From Gammaproteobacteria bacterium (GTDB lineage Bacteria; Pseudomonadota; Gammaproteobacteria; GCA-001735895): a stretch of DNA of 64,000 nt. The stretch spans positions 32,001-96,000 of the forward strand of contig JBNKUM010000115.1 in assembly GCA_050298595.1 (NCBI GenBank), read 5' to 3'. Every line of letters begins with the position of its first letter. Within the stretch, counting starts at the first letter, position 1. Positions 19,936 through 29,257 of this stretch are shown in pieces. The notes under the pieces are model-generated. The model did not search any database and was not told the origin of the DNA. It saw only the letters and a program-made list of their open reading frames with translations. The position numbers and the translations under genes were made by a program.

Positions 19936-22900
19936 ATGTCAGGGACAAAAAAATTTCTAATAATAGCCTTTTATTCATTGCTTTTAGTGGGCTGTGGTGG
20001 TGGCTCTTCTAACACTGATGATAGTTTCTCACATAGCTCATTCGAGTTTTCATTTAATGGCACTAATTCCAAAGCGGTTCTGGATAAGGAGAACGCCTCT
20101 AACTTCCTTGCTTCAATTTTTTTAAGTGGTTTTATCCTGACGGAAGATTCCCTCGCAACTTCTAGCAGTGCACACTCAGATGTATCATCCTATCTAGCGC
20201 CTGGAAACTTTACTGGATTAAAGTTGGATAAAACTCGCTATGCTTCCAGGGGTGGTAGCATTTCAAACAAAATAATTGATACTGAGGACCATTCTTGCAA
20301 TTCCAGCGGACATTACAGTATCAAGTACTTCAGTAGTTCTACAACAGAATACCAAATGAGGATAGAGTACGTTAACTGTATTGAAGGAATGACAGGTGAA
20401 TTAAATGGAATAATCAATATCTCCTATGTACATGAATTATACGATGGACAGCCAGCCTATTATCCCAGTTCAGGGAAGATGACTTACTCGAATTTTTCAG
20501 TAAATACTGGTGTAAACAGGATTGAGGTAACTGGAAGTGTAGATATGACATTCCTGAACTATTGTCCCCAGGTGTATGTACATAACTTAATTATTCGTAA
20601 CACTTCAACGTTGGAACAAACCAGATATGAGAATCTTACGACTAATGTCTCATGTAATAATCAATACACCATGGAAGGTAGAATTTACAGTTCCAACTTT
20701 GGGTATATAGATGTCAGTACTCAGAAACCACTTGAATATTCACGAGATAACCAGCTTATATTTCCTGATATCGATGGAAACCTGAAGCTAAGCGGAAAAA
20801 ATTCTTTAGTCGAAGTAGATTTCAGTAGTGCATGGCATGAAAACTCAGAAACAATCACATATATCAGCCCAAATTACTATGGAGTTTTACCTACAACTAC
20901 CTTTCGTTTTGATCTAGATGGTGACCATAGTAACGATTATATTTTAAGCAGTCCAACTGAATACGCACTCCCTTTTTTCACTGGCGGAACTTTCCTTGAT
21001 TCTGATGGCGATAAAATGCTGGATATATGGGAAGACTTTTATGGGCTTGATCGGTATAACCCAGATGATGCGGATATAGATTCGGACAGTGATGGATACT
21101 CCAACTACGGAGAATATATCGGTTTTGGACATCCTCGCGATTCTCTCATTCCCCCAGAATTCAAAGGAACAGCCACCACATTTATTGAGTCAGATAATTC
21201 AGCTGATGTTAGAAAAGGGCAGGATTTGACATTAAATTTAAAGACTCAAATCAATAGTGAAAAACTACCTGGCTCATATTTTCTGAAAGTTCAAGTTTCT
21301 GAAAATGCAGAATTCATTCAACCGTCAAATGACCAATGTGCAGAATATTATTTAGAGAATTCCAAGAAAGTTTGCTTGCTGAAACTAAGTGTTGCATACA
21401 GTAACGGAACTAATGAACGTACTAGCATGTACAAACTAATCATCCAGTCATTAGATGAGACACCCATAGACTACGTGATCGAACCCGACTATGGGTACTT
21501 CAGTAATCAAAACTATGGGGAACCGGAATTATCAAGCACAATCACATTCCAGAAGCGATTGTCGGATCTAGAGTTAACTTATTTCTCTCCTACTACATCT
21601 TACAAATTTGACCACCTGACTGTCGGCCAGATTGAGCTGCGAGAAATTGAATTCGCAAACAATGGTCCAGACCAGGCTAATAACGTAGTAATTCGGGTAA
21701 CTTTCCCTCCTGAAATATCAGTAGAATCAGCATATATGACCTTTGAGCAAGCCTACCTGCGGTGGCAAGATTGTGAGGTTATGAATAACCAGGTTATATG
21801 TAGGTTGGATCAGCTTCCCAGCACAGGCTGGAACAATGAAGGGACGATACGAATCAATGAACAAGCGAACACTGATGGTCTCTCAACGGTATATGCTAAG
21901 ATCGAATCTGATTCTGTAGAGGTTACTAATGACAACAACCTGAATTCTACCGAAGTATTCCTCGGGAACTCTTTAGACACTATACAGCCTTTAATCGACC
22001 AGGCCGAACCAGGCGATACTGTTTTAATACCTCAAGGTTATTATACTGGAGGATCATTAATGGTTGATGGTAAAGCACTTCATCTTTACTCGGAAAATGG
22101 GCTCGGCTCAGTAAAAATCGGCAGATATGGAGCCTCGTTCTTAAATGAAGGAAAGATTGTGATTTTGGACCCAGAAACAGGGTCTACGATTAATGGGTTT
22201 ATCTTTATTGGCCCGGTGCTAACTATTTCGGGTACAGTAACAGTTTCAAACAATAAGTTTTATTCGAATTTTTATTCAGCTGCTGCTGACAATTCGATTG
22301 ATGATTGCTCCCCGAGCATGTTTCAAATAAACCCTACCCTGAATTCAGTAATTGAAAAAAATTACTTTGATTGTACTTTAATAGAAGCCCATGAATATGA
22401 TTGGTATGATGGACATACTGATTTAACTATTCGAAACAACATATTCAATACTAACCCTAATACTGGGACTTCCTTGGACACATCGGCTTTCATTTATTTT
22501 ACAGGCGTTGGTATGTATAACACGGAAAAAAACGGCGTCGTTAATATCATTAACAATACGTTTCTTAATTCTGACAACCCAGCTTTATTCACTATTCCTG
22601 GAGCGAATATGGGGAACATATCTGAGATTAAGAATAATATTTTTTATAATGTTGCAAAACCGATAGTCCATACTGGATCATATGAAACAGAGTTTTCAAT
22701 AGAGGGGAACATCTTCGGAGCTTATAACGAAATATTACCTAACTTGCCACCTTCTAATCTATTCGGAGATCCTCAAATAGATCCGGTCAGTTTCTATCCT
22801 CTTCAGAATTCTATAGTCATTGACAGCGGAGTATCTATTTCGGGATTGATCTCAGATTATCTTGGGAATATCAGGCCACGCGATGGAAACAATGATGGAA

Positions 22901-22938
22901 ACCCTGAAATTGACATTGGTGCGATCGAACTACAATAA
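19936..22938 (+). CDS. Large surface lipoprotein (Ca-binding DxDxD repeats, DUF11-like Ig domain, beta-helix, choice-of-anchor-Q-like C-terminus)
   Basis: Lipobox LVGC followed by GGGSS; DSDGD..WE..GLD..DSDSDGYSN; NNGPDQANNV; NN-rich repeats; IDSG..DYLGNIRP..DIGAIE. Confidence 0.75.
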   Translation: MSGTKKFLIIAFYSLLLVGCGGGSSNTDDSFSHSSFEFSFNGTNSKAVLDKENASNFLASIFLSGFILTEDSLATSSSAHSDVSSYLAPGNFTGLKLDKTRYASRGGSISNKIIDTEDHSCNSSGHYSIKYFSSSTTEYQMRIEYVNCIEGMTGELNGIINISYVHELYDGQPAYYPSSGKMTYSNFSVNTGVNRIEVTGSVDMTFLNYCPQVYVHNLIIRNTSTLEQTRYENLTTNVSCNNQYTMEGRIYSSNFGYIDVSTQKPLEYSRDNQLIFPDIDGNLKLSGKNSLVEVDFSSAWHENSETITYISPNYYGVLPTTTFRFDLDGDHSNDYILSSPTEYALPFFTGGTFLDSDGDKMLDIWEDFYGLDRYNPDDADIDSDSDGYSNYGEYIGFGHPRDSLIPPEFKGTATTFIESDNSADVRKGQDLTLNLKTQINSEKLPGSYFLKVQVSENAEFIQPSNDQCAEYYLENSKKVCLLKLSVAYSNGTNERTSMYKLIIQSLDETPIDYVIEPDYGYFSNQNYGEPELSSTITFQKRLSDLELTYFSPTTSYKFDHLTVGQIELREIEFANNGPDQANNVVIRVTFPPEISVESAYMTFEQAYLRWQDCEVMNNQVICRLDQLPSTGWNNEGTIRINEQANTDGLSTVYAKIESDSVEVTNDNNLNSTEVFLGNSLDTIQPLIDQAEPGDTVLIPQGYYTGGSLMVDGKALHLYSENGLGSVKIGRYGASFLNEGKIVILDPETGSTINGFIFIGPVLTISGTVTVSNNKFYSNFYSAAADNSIDDCSPSMFQINPTLNSVIEKNYFDCTLIEAHEYDWYDGHTDLTIRNNIFNTNPNTGTSLDTSAFIYFTGVGMYNTEKNGVVNIINNTFLNSDNPALFTIPGANMGNISEIKNNIFYNVAKPIVHTGSYETEFSIEGNIFGAYNEILPNLPPSNLFGDPQIDPVSFYPLQNSIVIDSGVSISGLISDYLGNIRPRDGNNDGNPEIDIGAIELQ

Positions 22939-23049
22939 GTAGTCGACCCTGAAAAATACTACAACCTATTGATAATATTGAATAAACTTGTGAAAACAGG
23001 TGATTAAAACGACCAGGAAAAGTAAAATAAGTCCTTAAACACTATACAA

Positions 23050-24259
23050 GGGACCTTGGAGCACCTGGCAAATCGATTCGTTTAATGGTTGGTTTATTAC
23101 TTTTAAAACAACTGGAAAACTTAAGTGATGAAGAAGCTGTCGTGCAGTGGAAACGTAATCCCTACTACCAGTCGTTTTGTGGCATGACAGAGTATCGGCC
23201 CAAAATACCCTGCGATAGTACCGGACTGGTTCATTTCAGAAAGCGCATAGGCAAACAGGGTGTTGAAAAAATATTCCAGATGAGTGTTGCTCTGCATGGA
23301 AGAGCTGCCCTGGAAAATAACGTCAACATCGATACGACTGTACACGACTGCAAGGATGCAGGAGGTAGAGCGAAGCAGGAAGCCAGAGCCGAGGAAAAAA
23401 ACATCACCTATCCAACGGACGCCAAATTGGCGATCAAGATCGTCAATCGTTTAAACAAGCTGGCTAAATTTCATGGTAATCAGCAAAGGCGAACCTTCGT
23501 TAAAGAAGTCAAAAATCTACGTCTGTCGATCCGTCATTTCCGTCATGTTAAAAAAAGAGCAAAAGCGAAAAAAGCACTGAAGCGTTTAAGAACCATTGCC
23601 CATATTCTCATGCGTGAATTGAGAAGAAAACTACCTCAACCCTGTCTTTTTGAATGCCACCAAAAAGACTTTTTATTTTATGAACAGGTACTGGCACAAC
23701 AACCCAAAGACAAAAACAAAATTTACTCGTTACACGAGCCACAGGCATACTGTATCGCCAAAGGCAAAGATCACAAGCAGTATGAATATGGCAATAAAGT
23801 CTCTATTGCCAGCACCGCTAAAGGTAACATCATAGTAGGTGCTGTCAGTCATGAATTGAATTTGCATGATAGTCATACTTTGCCGACGTGTTAAACCACA
23901 TCGAAGCCTCACGAGGTAAGGCAGTCAAGACAGCGATCTGCGACCGAGGTTACCGAGGTAAGAGCCGGGTCAATGACACCGTCATCCAGCTACCGAAAAA
24001 GCCACTGAAAAGGGATAATCGTTACCAGCGGGACAAGAAAAGAAAGCAATGCAGGCGGCGGGCCGCTATTGAGCCGATCATCGGTCATTTGAAGAGTGAT
24101 TTTCGGTTATCCAGAAACTTTCTCAAAGGCACTGCTGGAGATGAAATAAATCTGCTGATGGCCGCAACTGCCTGGAACCTGAGAAAATGGCTAACAGCCT
24201 TTTTTTGGCCATTATTTTTGTGGCTAAAAATCAGATTTAACACCGTGTGTAGCAATTGA
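23050..24259 (+). pseudogene. IS5 DDE transposase pseudogene
   Basis: IRLMVGLL, DTTV..EKNITYPTD, KIYSLHEP, YEYGNK, DRGYRG, RRAAIEPIIGHLK. N-terminus appears lost, frameshift near 23885, 48-bp insertion at 23345-23392. Confidence 0.88.
23345..23392 (+). repeat. 48-bp in-frame inserted element
   Basis: Removing it restores the conserved DTTVQEKNIT; contains the hairpin CTGCA-AGGA-TGCAG. Confidence 0.8.
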
Positions 24260-24464
24260 GCGCAGAGGCAGCCGGATATTTTGAATATATCTAATCACCT
24301 TGAGAGTTAAAATTTACTCATAATACCTTTTCAGGAACGAGTAAGTATTTATTGAAACTGACTATGCGAAAAGCATATTAAGAGGGAGTGAAATCAACAA
24401 ACACTTTTTTTATATATTTCTATCTATGTACAGCATAAGACTAAATTAAAACCGTAACAAAATT

Positions 24465-24495
24465 AAATAACCTCCGGCAGAGTCGGAGGTTTATT
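24465..24495 (-). terminator. Hairpin: terminator for the tautomerase gene and/or orphan IS200/IS605-type end
   Basis: AATAACCTCCGGC-AGA-GTCGGAGGTTTATT. Confidence 0.55.
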
Positions 24496-24515
24496 GAGTT
24501 CCCATAATCAAAAGC

Positions 24516-24899
24516 TCAAACATCAACCTTATAATTCAACATAGCCTCATCTCCGGTAATACCTCTAAATCCCCAGTTACACGCTGGGGATTCAAAGATC
24601 GTAATCTCAACATCAACAGGCTTGATGCCAATCTCAGATTCAATACGCTCAAATAATAGATGTATCAAATTCTTCCTGGCTTCTACAGAGCGACCTTGCA
24701 TCATAGAAATCTCTATTACTGTGTAGGCATCACTTCTCCCCTCAGGGTAAAAGAAATCTTCTTTATTCATCGGAAAAAACCGATGCGCTCGCTTGTTTTC
24801 CGGAAAGGATAAAGCCTCAACCATACATTGGTTGATTACGTTTGAAAGTTGACCCTTTACTGGATTTAAATGATCTTTGATCCCATATATTCGAATCAT
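24516..24899 (-). CDS. Tautomerase superfamily protein lacking Pro-1
   Basis: KRAHRF, YTVIEISMMQGRS..RK, DVEITI.E...NWG; GAGGA RBS. Confidence 0.85.
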   Translation of the reverse strand: MIRIYGIKDHLNPVKGQLSNVINQCMVEALSFPENKRAHRFFPMNKEDFFYPEGRSDAYTVIEISMMQGRSVEARKNLIHLLFERIESEIGIKPVDVEITIFESPACNWGFRGITGDEAMLNYKVDV

Positions 24900-24914
24900 A
24901 TGTCCTCTGTTAAT

Positions 24915-25406
24915 TTAATTCTGTGCCAATACTATTTTTAACACATGCATTTGTTTACGCAGATCTGCACCGACCACATCACTCACGCTTTGAGCATTGG
25001 ACTGTACCGTAAAACCTGCATCTGATAAACGTTCAACCATTTGTTCGGGCGTAACCTCTGCCACTAATGCCAGTGTTGTCAAGGGTGCCGAGGATAGTGA
25101 TTTTACTGACTGCATAAACGCTGGCTCACCACCCACATCACCGACAGGAATAAAACTTAACGCTAGCAGTAGCGCAAAACCGCCAATAAATATCTGACCT
25201 TTAGGTGCAGTCAGATAACGTTTAAAACCTGTAAAATTTGATACCATATGTAATCCAACACCTAACACCAGTAACCAGCTTAACCATTCATGTGCCGTTT
25301 TGTTGATACCGCTATCAATATGAAAGAACATCAGTATACCGGTAACCGCTGTCAGCAGGAATGCACCTGCTGTTAATGGAGTGGCCCATTCACGTTTGAT
25401 TTTCAT
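24915..25406 (-). CDS. DUF4405-type membrane protein
   Basis: WATPLTAGAF, TGILMFFH, AHEWL, LH. Confidence 0.75.
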   Translation of the reverse strand: MKIKREWATPLTAGAFLLTAVTGILMFFHIDSGINKTAHEWLSWLLVLGVGLHMVSNFTGFKRYLTAPKGQIFIGGFALLLALSFIPVGDVGGEPAFMQSVKSLSSAPLTTLALVAEVTPEQMVERLSDAGFTVQSNAQSVSDVVGADLRKQMHVLKIVLAQN

Positions 25407-25440
25407 TTTGTATAATCCTGATTAAAATAATCTAAAAATA

Positions 25441-25468
25441 AAAAAGCAGCCCGCTTCAACGGGCTGCT
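25441..25468 (-). terminator. Rho-independent terminator
   Basis: AGCAGCCCG-cttcaa-CGGGCTGCT followed by a T-tract on the minus strand. Confidence 0.8.
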
Positions 25469-25479
25469 GAGTAAAACCT

Positions 25480-25899
25480 TTATTGCTGCATGAAGCCTGC
25501 ACGGGCACCACGACCAGCTCCAACCGGACGACCTGTGTTACGATCGATCTCCATCTCACGAACCAACGAATCATCTAGCGTAACGATCTTTACCAGATAA
25601 GTAGTAGCATCCTTTTCTGTAACACTTCCCACCTTAAGACGATCATTACCGTGCCTGATTAAACGCGCCTGCATCAGAATTTTGGCTTCATCGATAGACA
25701 GGTCAAGATCCTGCCGCATGAAACGACCTTTATGGCCTTTTGGTCCGTTCTGCTTCATACGCATAGGCATTCCATTGGTCATACCTGATTGATTACAATA
25801 ACCACGCTGTCCACCCCAATTCGCATTGGCGTTAACCGCAGTAAAACCGACCAGACCTGTCACTAAGGTAATCATTGTGATTTTGGCTATTTTGTTCAT
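25480..25899 (-). CDS. Exported Gly/Met-rich protein with PepSY-like domain
   Basis: Signal peptide ending in ANA, G/M-rich linker, LKVGSV...IVT.DDSLV..EIDRNTG; GAGGA RBS. Confidence 0.65.
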   Translation of the reverse strand: MNKIAKITMITLVTGLVGFTAVNANANWGGQRGYCNQSGMTNGMPMRMKQNGPKGHKGRFMRQDLDLSIDEAKILMQARLIRHGNDRLKVGSVTEKDATTYLVKIVTLDDSLVREMEIDRNTGRPVGAGRGARAGFMQQ

Positions 25900-25958
25900 C
25901 TTTCAATCCTCATGTTCAGTTGATGTCGTTGTTTGACGTGAGCATTACAATACTTTCC

Positions 25959-26036
25959 TGTGTCTGAGTTATGTCAAAATCAGCCTTGTTGGTAACAGTT
26001 TGTGTCACTTTCACGAGTTGACACACAATGTCACAA
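25959..26036. promoter_or_regulatory. Putative OmpR-family response regulator binding repeats
   Basis: TGTGTC/TATGTC 11 bp apart (25959, 25970), with further TGTGTCAC, GACACA and TGTCACA copies in the divergent promoter. Confidence 0.45.
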
Positions 26037-26080
26037 AGTAATGTTTCTGTACGCAAGACAATACACGTAGAATTACCCTC

Positions 26081-26815
26081 ATGGATAATCAGCCACATAT
26101 ATTAATTGTTGATGATCACCTGGAGATCCGCGAACTCTTACAGCGCTTTCTCACCGATCATAACTACCGTGCCAGCACGGCAGAAAACGGTGCGAGCATG
26201 AAAAAGATTCTGGCCGATGCAAATATTGATCTCATCGTACTGGACCTGATGATGCCGGGTGAGGATGGCCTGACACTATGCCGTAACCTGCGCGCTAAAT
26301 CGAATATCCCGGTGATTATGCTCACTGCTATGGGTGAAGAAACCGACCGCATTATCGGTCTGGAAATGGGCGCAGATGATTATCTGGCGAAACCTTTTAA
26401 TCCGCGTGAATTACTGGCACGAATCAAGGCGGTGCTGCGCCGCAGCGATAATGTATTAACCCTCCAGCCACAACAAACACCTGAACAACTGCGTTTTTTA
26501 GGATGGACTTTGCTACCCGGTTCACGTGAATTAATCGACCCTGATCAAATTCTGGTGCCCTTAAGTACGGCTGAATTTTCGCTGCTGATGGCTTTTGTAG
26601 TACGACCCGGCCGCGTACTCAATCGTGATCAGTTACTCGATCTTGCGCGTGGCAGAGATACACACGCATTTGACCGTGCGATTGATACACTGGTCAGCCG
26701 TCTGCGTCGTAAACTGGGCGATGACCCCAAAACCCCACAGATCATTAAAACCATCCGTGGTGATGGCTATATGTTCGCGGTAGAAGTAGAGACAGATCAT
26801 GCGCCTTTGGCCTGA
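26081..26815 (+). CDS. OmpR-family response regulator
   Basis: ILIVDD, LDLMMPGEDG, GADDYLAKPF, wHTH DRAIDTLVSRLRRKL. Confidence 0.95.
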   Translation: MDNQPHILIVDDHLEIRELLQRFLTDHNYRASTAENGASMKKILADANIDLIVLDLMMPGEDGLTLCRNLRAKSNIPVIMLTAMGEETDRIIGLEMGADDYLAKPFNPRELLARIKAVLRRSDNVLTLQPQQTPEQLRFLGWTLLPGSRELIDPDQILVPLSTAEFSLLMAFVVRPGRVLNRDQLLDLARGRDTHAFDRAIDTLVSRLRRKLGDDPKTPQIIKTIRGDGYMFAVEVETDHAPLA

Positions 26816-28127
26816 TACTCTCGCGGCCAGGATTCTGGCATTACTACTTAGCATGACACTACTACTGGTAGTGATCAGCGCCATCATTATGCAGGATGCT
26901 CGAATTGAAATCTTTGATGAACGCAATCGTGTGCATCTGATGGATAAAATTACGACCCTGGTACGTTTATTAAACAATGCGGATCAACAACAGCGCCTCG
27001 GTATTATCGAACAGGTAAAAGATGAGACTGATGTAATTTCTTTAACCGCCCAACCTCAGGTAAGCAATCCATCAAGGAACCCAAGAGTATTCAAACTCAA
27101 TGAAAGACTCCGACGTATGCTAAATATACGTAACCCGGCATCGATTCGTATTAACGACTTTCATCAAAGGGCATCTGGCTCGGGTAATTTTGGGCTGCAT
27201 AATCTCGATATCTCTATCCGCCTTAAGGATGGAAGCTGGCTTAATATTCAGAGTAAAACACCTGACAACCTTCCACCCTGGGCCAGTAAAACTCTACAAC
27301 TGTTAGCGCTACTGCTAGTTCTTATAATTGTTAGCGGTTTCATTATCGCTAAACTGATGGCTCGCCCGATGGCAAAACTAGCGGATGCAGCTGACCAGTT
27401 TGGCCTGGGGCATGCTCAAGAACCTTTAGCTGAAACTGGACCGCGCGAAGTTAGACAGACTATCCGCGCTTTTAATCGCATGCAACAACGCCTGCATAAA
27501 CATATTACTGACCGATCATTGATGCTAGCTGCGGTATCACATGATTTGCGTACCCCGATCACCACCCTGAGGCTGCGTGCCGAATACATAGAAGACAGTG
27601 AAATGCGTGAAAAAACACTGGCTACACTGAGTGAAATGGAGGCGATATTGAGCGCCACGCTGAGCTTCTCTCGTGATGAAGCGGCCGATGAAAAAGCCCG
27701 TGCCACCGATCTAGCAGCTTTGATACAGTCTCTGGTGGATGATCACGTAGACCTCGGTGGAGAAGTAAATTATTCCGGCCCTGACAAACTGACTTTCATC
27801 TGCCGACCCATCGCCTTAAAACGCGCCTTGAATAACCTGATCGACAATGCACTCAAGTACGCCGGTGCAACATACGTGACATTAATTGCGCAGCATGACT
27901 CGGTAGAAATTCACATCGATGACAATGGACCGGGAGTACCTGAAGAAAATCTGGAAGAATTATTCACGCCTTTTTTTCGACTGGAAACATCGCGTAATCG
28001 AGGTACCGGAGGCACCGGTCTGGGTCTTGCTGTTGCCAGATCAATCGTTCTGGCGCATGGCGGCGAACTGAAACTGGAAAATCTTGCCGCAGGAGGCTTG
28101 CGCGCGAAAATTAAATTACCCCGATAA
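26799..28127 (+). CDS. EnvZ-like sensor histidine kinase
   Basis: 2 TM helices and HAMP; SHDLRTPIT, NLIDNA, DNGPG, GGTGLGLA. Confidence 0.95.
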   Translation: MRLWPDTLAARILALLLSMTLLLVVISAIIMQDARIEIFDERNRVHLMDKITTLVRLLNNADQQQRLGIIEQVKDETDVISLTAQPQVSNPSRNPRVFKLNERLRRMLNIRNPASIRINDFHQRASGSGNFGLHNLDISIRLKDGSWLNIQSKTPDNLPPWASKTLQLLALLLVLIIVSGFIIAKLMARPMAKLADAADQFGLGHAQEPLAETGPREVRQTIRAFNRMQQRLHKHITDRSLMLAAVSHDLRTPITTLRLRAEYIEDSEMREKTLATLSEMEAILSATLSFSRDEAADEKARATDLAALIQSLVDDHVDLGGEVNYSGPDKLTFICRPIALKRALNNLIDNALKYAGATYVTLIAQHDSVEIHIDDNGPGVPEENLEELFTPFFRLETSRNRGTGGTGLGLAVARSIVLAHGGELKLENLAAGGLRAKIKLPR

Positions 28128-28149
28128 TGCTCAGCTATCTTGCTGACAC

Positions 28150-29097
28150 TTATCCTACCCCAAACCAGAAGTTATTGTCTTTTAACAAAAACTCGTCATA
28201 GGGTACGTAATGCGAACCGTCGCAGGAAAAATTTAAACCCACTTTGCCATTGACGATATTCAATGAAGCCGAGCGTAGATAAATCGTTTCATCGGCGAAG
28301 CGGAGCTTTTTAAACTGTGCAAACACTTCGGGAATTTTATCTTCACTGACAGTGGCCCGCTCAAAGTAATCGCATTTGGGAAACGCCAGGCACAGGCTGG
28401 CATTGGTTAACTCATCAATATTTAGAATCTGATAATCATAGGGATTGTCTACCAGCCATACCGTGGCACGGCTACTGGAAAAGTGAAACTTGGCGTGAAA
28501 TACGCCATGTGCAATCATCAACTCCTGCATCAATGACATGACATCGTCAATCTTCTCATCCATCGCACTTAACACACGTTGCTGAGCAAACAGGCCACCA
28601 CGAATCGCAGGGTCACCTTTCATTTGCTGCCAACCCTTACGATCTAGATTCAACGATGCGGTATTAGGCAATTCACGCAAGTCAAAATCCGCTCCCAGAA
28701 ACCCGATGGTATCGCCAGCCTCATCAACAATGGTTTGTACCGAGGTTAATGAAGGACGTTTACGGTTGCGACTGATATAAGCCTCAGACAGATAGAAATG
28801 ATCGCCTTTAAGTGCTCGCTGCATATAAGGTCGAGCGGCCCTGTCTCGCCCTAACTGTTCTACTTTCCTATGACTACGAGCCACAGTTGCGGTAATCTGA
28901 TGTGCAGTATGGTCCAGCACCCAGAGGTATTTGCATAGACTGGATTTGTGAACATGCTCATCCAGTAAATCATCCAGCGCGTTGGGGTCATGCATGACAG
29001 CGGCACATTTCTGCGCCAGAACAAACATATTATCGTAAAGAAACTCTTTCAGTATCTGACGTTGCTTTTCGATCTGAACGAGGATAGAAGTACTCAT
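28150..29097 (-). CDS. Cytoplasmic Cache/PDC sensor-domain protein without a recognised output domain
   Basis: DRAARPY, LSEAYIS and GFLGADF are Cache motifs; no TM helix; C-terminal HFSSSR and CDGSH. Confidence 0.7.
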   Translation of the reverse strand: MSTSILVQIEKQRQILKEFLYDNMFVLAQKCAAVMHDPNALDDLLDEHVHKSSLCKYLWVLDHTAHQITATVARSHRKVEQLGRDRAARPYMQRALKGDHFYLSEAYISRNRKRPSLTSVQTIVDEAGDTIGFLGADFDLRELPNTASLNLDRKGWQQMKGDPAIRGGLFAQQRVLSAMDEKIDDVMSLMQELMIAHGVFHAKFHFSSSRATVWLVDNPYDYQILNIDELTNASLCLAFPKCDYFERATVSEDKIPEVFAQFKKLRFADETIYLRSASLNIVNGKVGLNFSCDGSHYVPYDEFLLKDNNFWFGVG

Positions 29098-29257
29098 ATT
29101 AAGCGGAATTCAGTATTAATAACCGCCTTATAATAGCAAGCAACGGCGATTTCTGTGTCATATTTTCATCCGCACAATTTCGAGCCGAAGCTATCTACAT
29201 GCCACTTAACGCATGTATAATTGATGGCTTTGATTGAACACAGACTTAAGATATCCA

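Larger units (their letters stand above)
22942..24341 (+). mobile_element. IS5-family insertion sequence (IS1478-like), defective
   Basis: IRs GTCGACCCTGAAAA / TTTTCAGGAACGAG; 6-bp direct repeat TAAGTA at 22936-22941 and 24342-24347. Confidence 0.88.

Noticed and set aside
23870-23900. Programmed frameshift joining the two IS5 ORFs
   Set aside because: No slippery run is present; a single missing base in CCG-(G)AC explains the break, and the element has other lesions.
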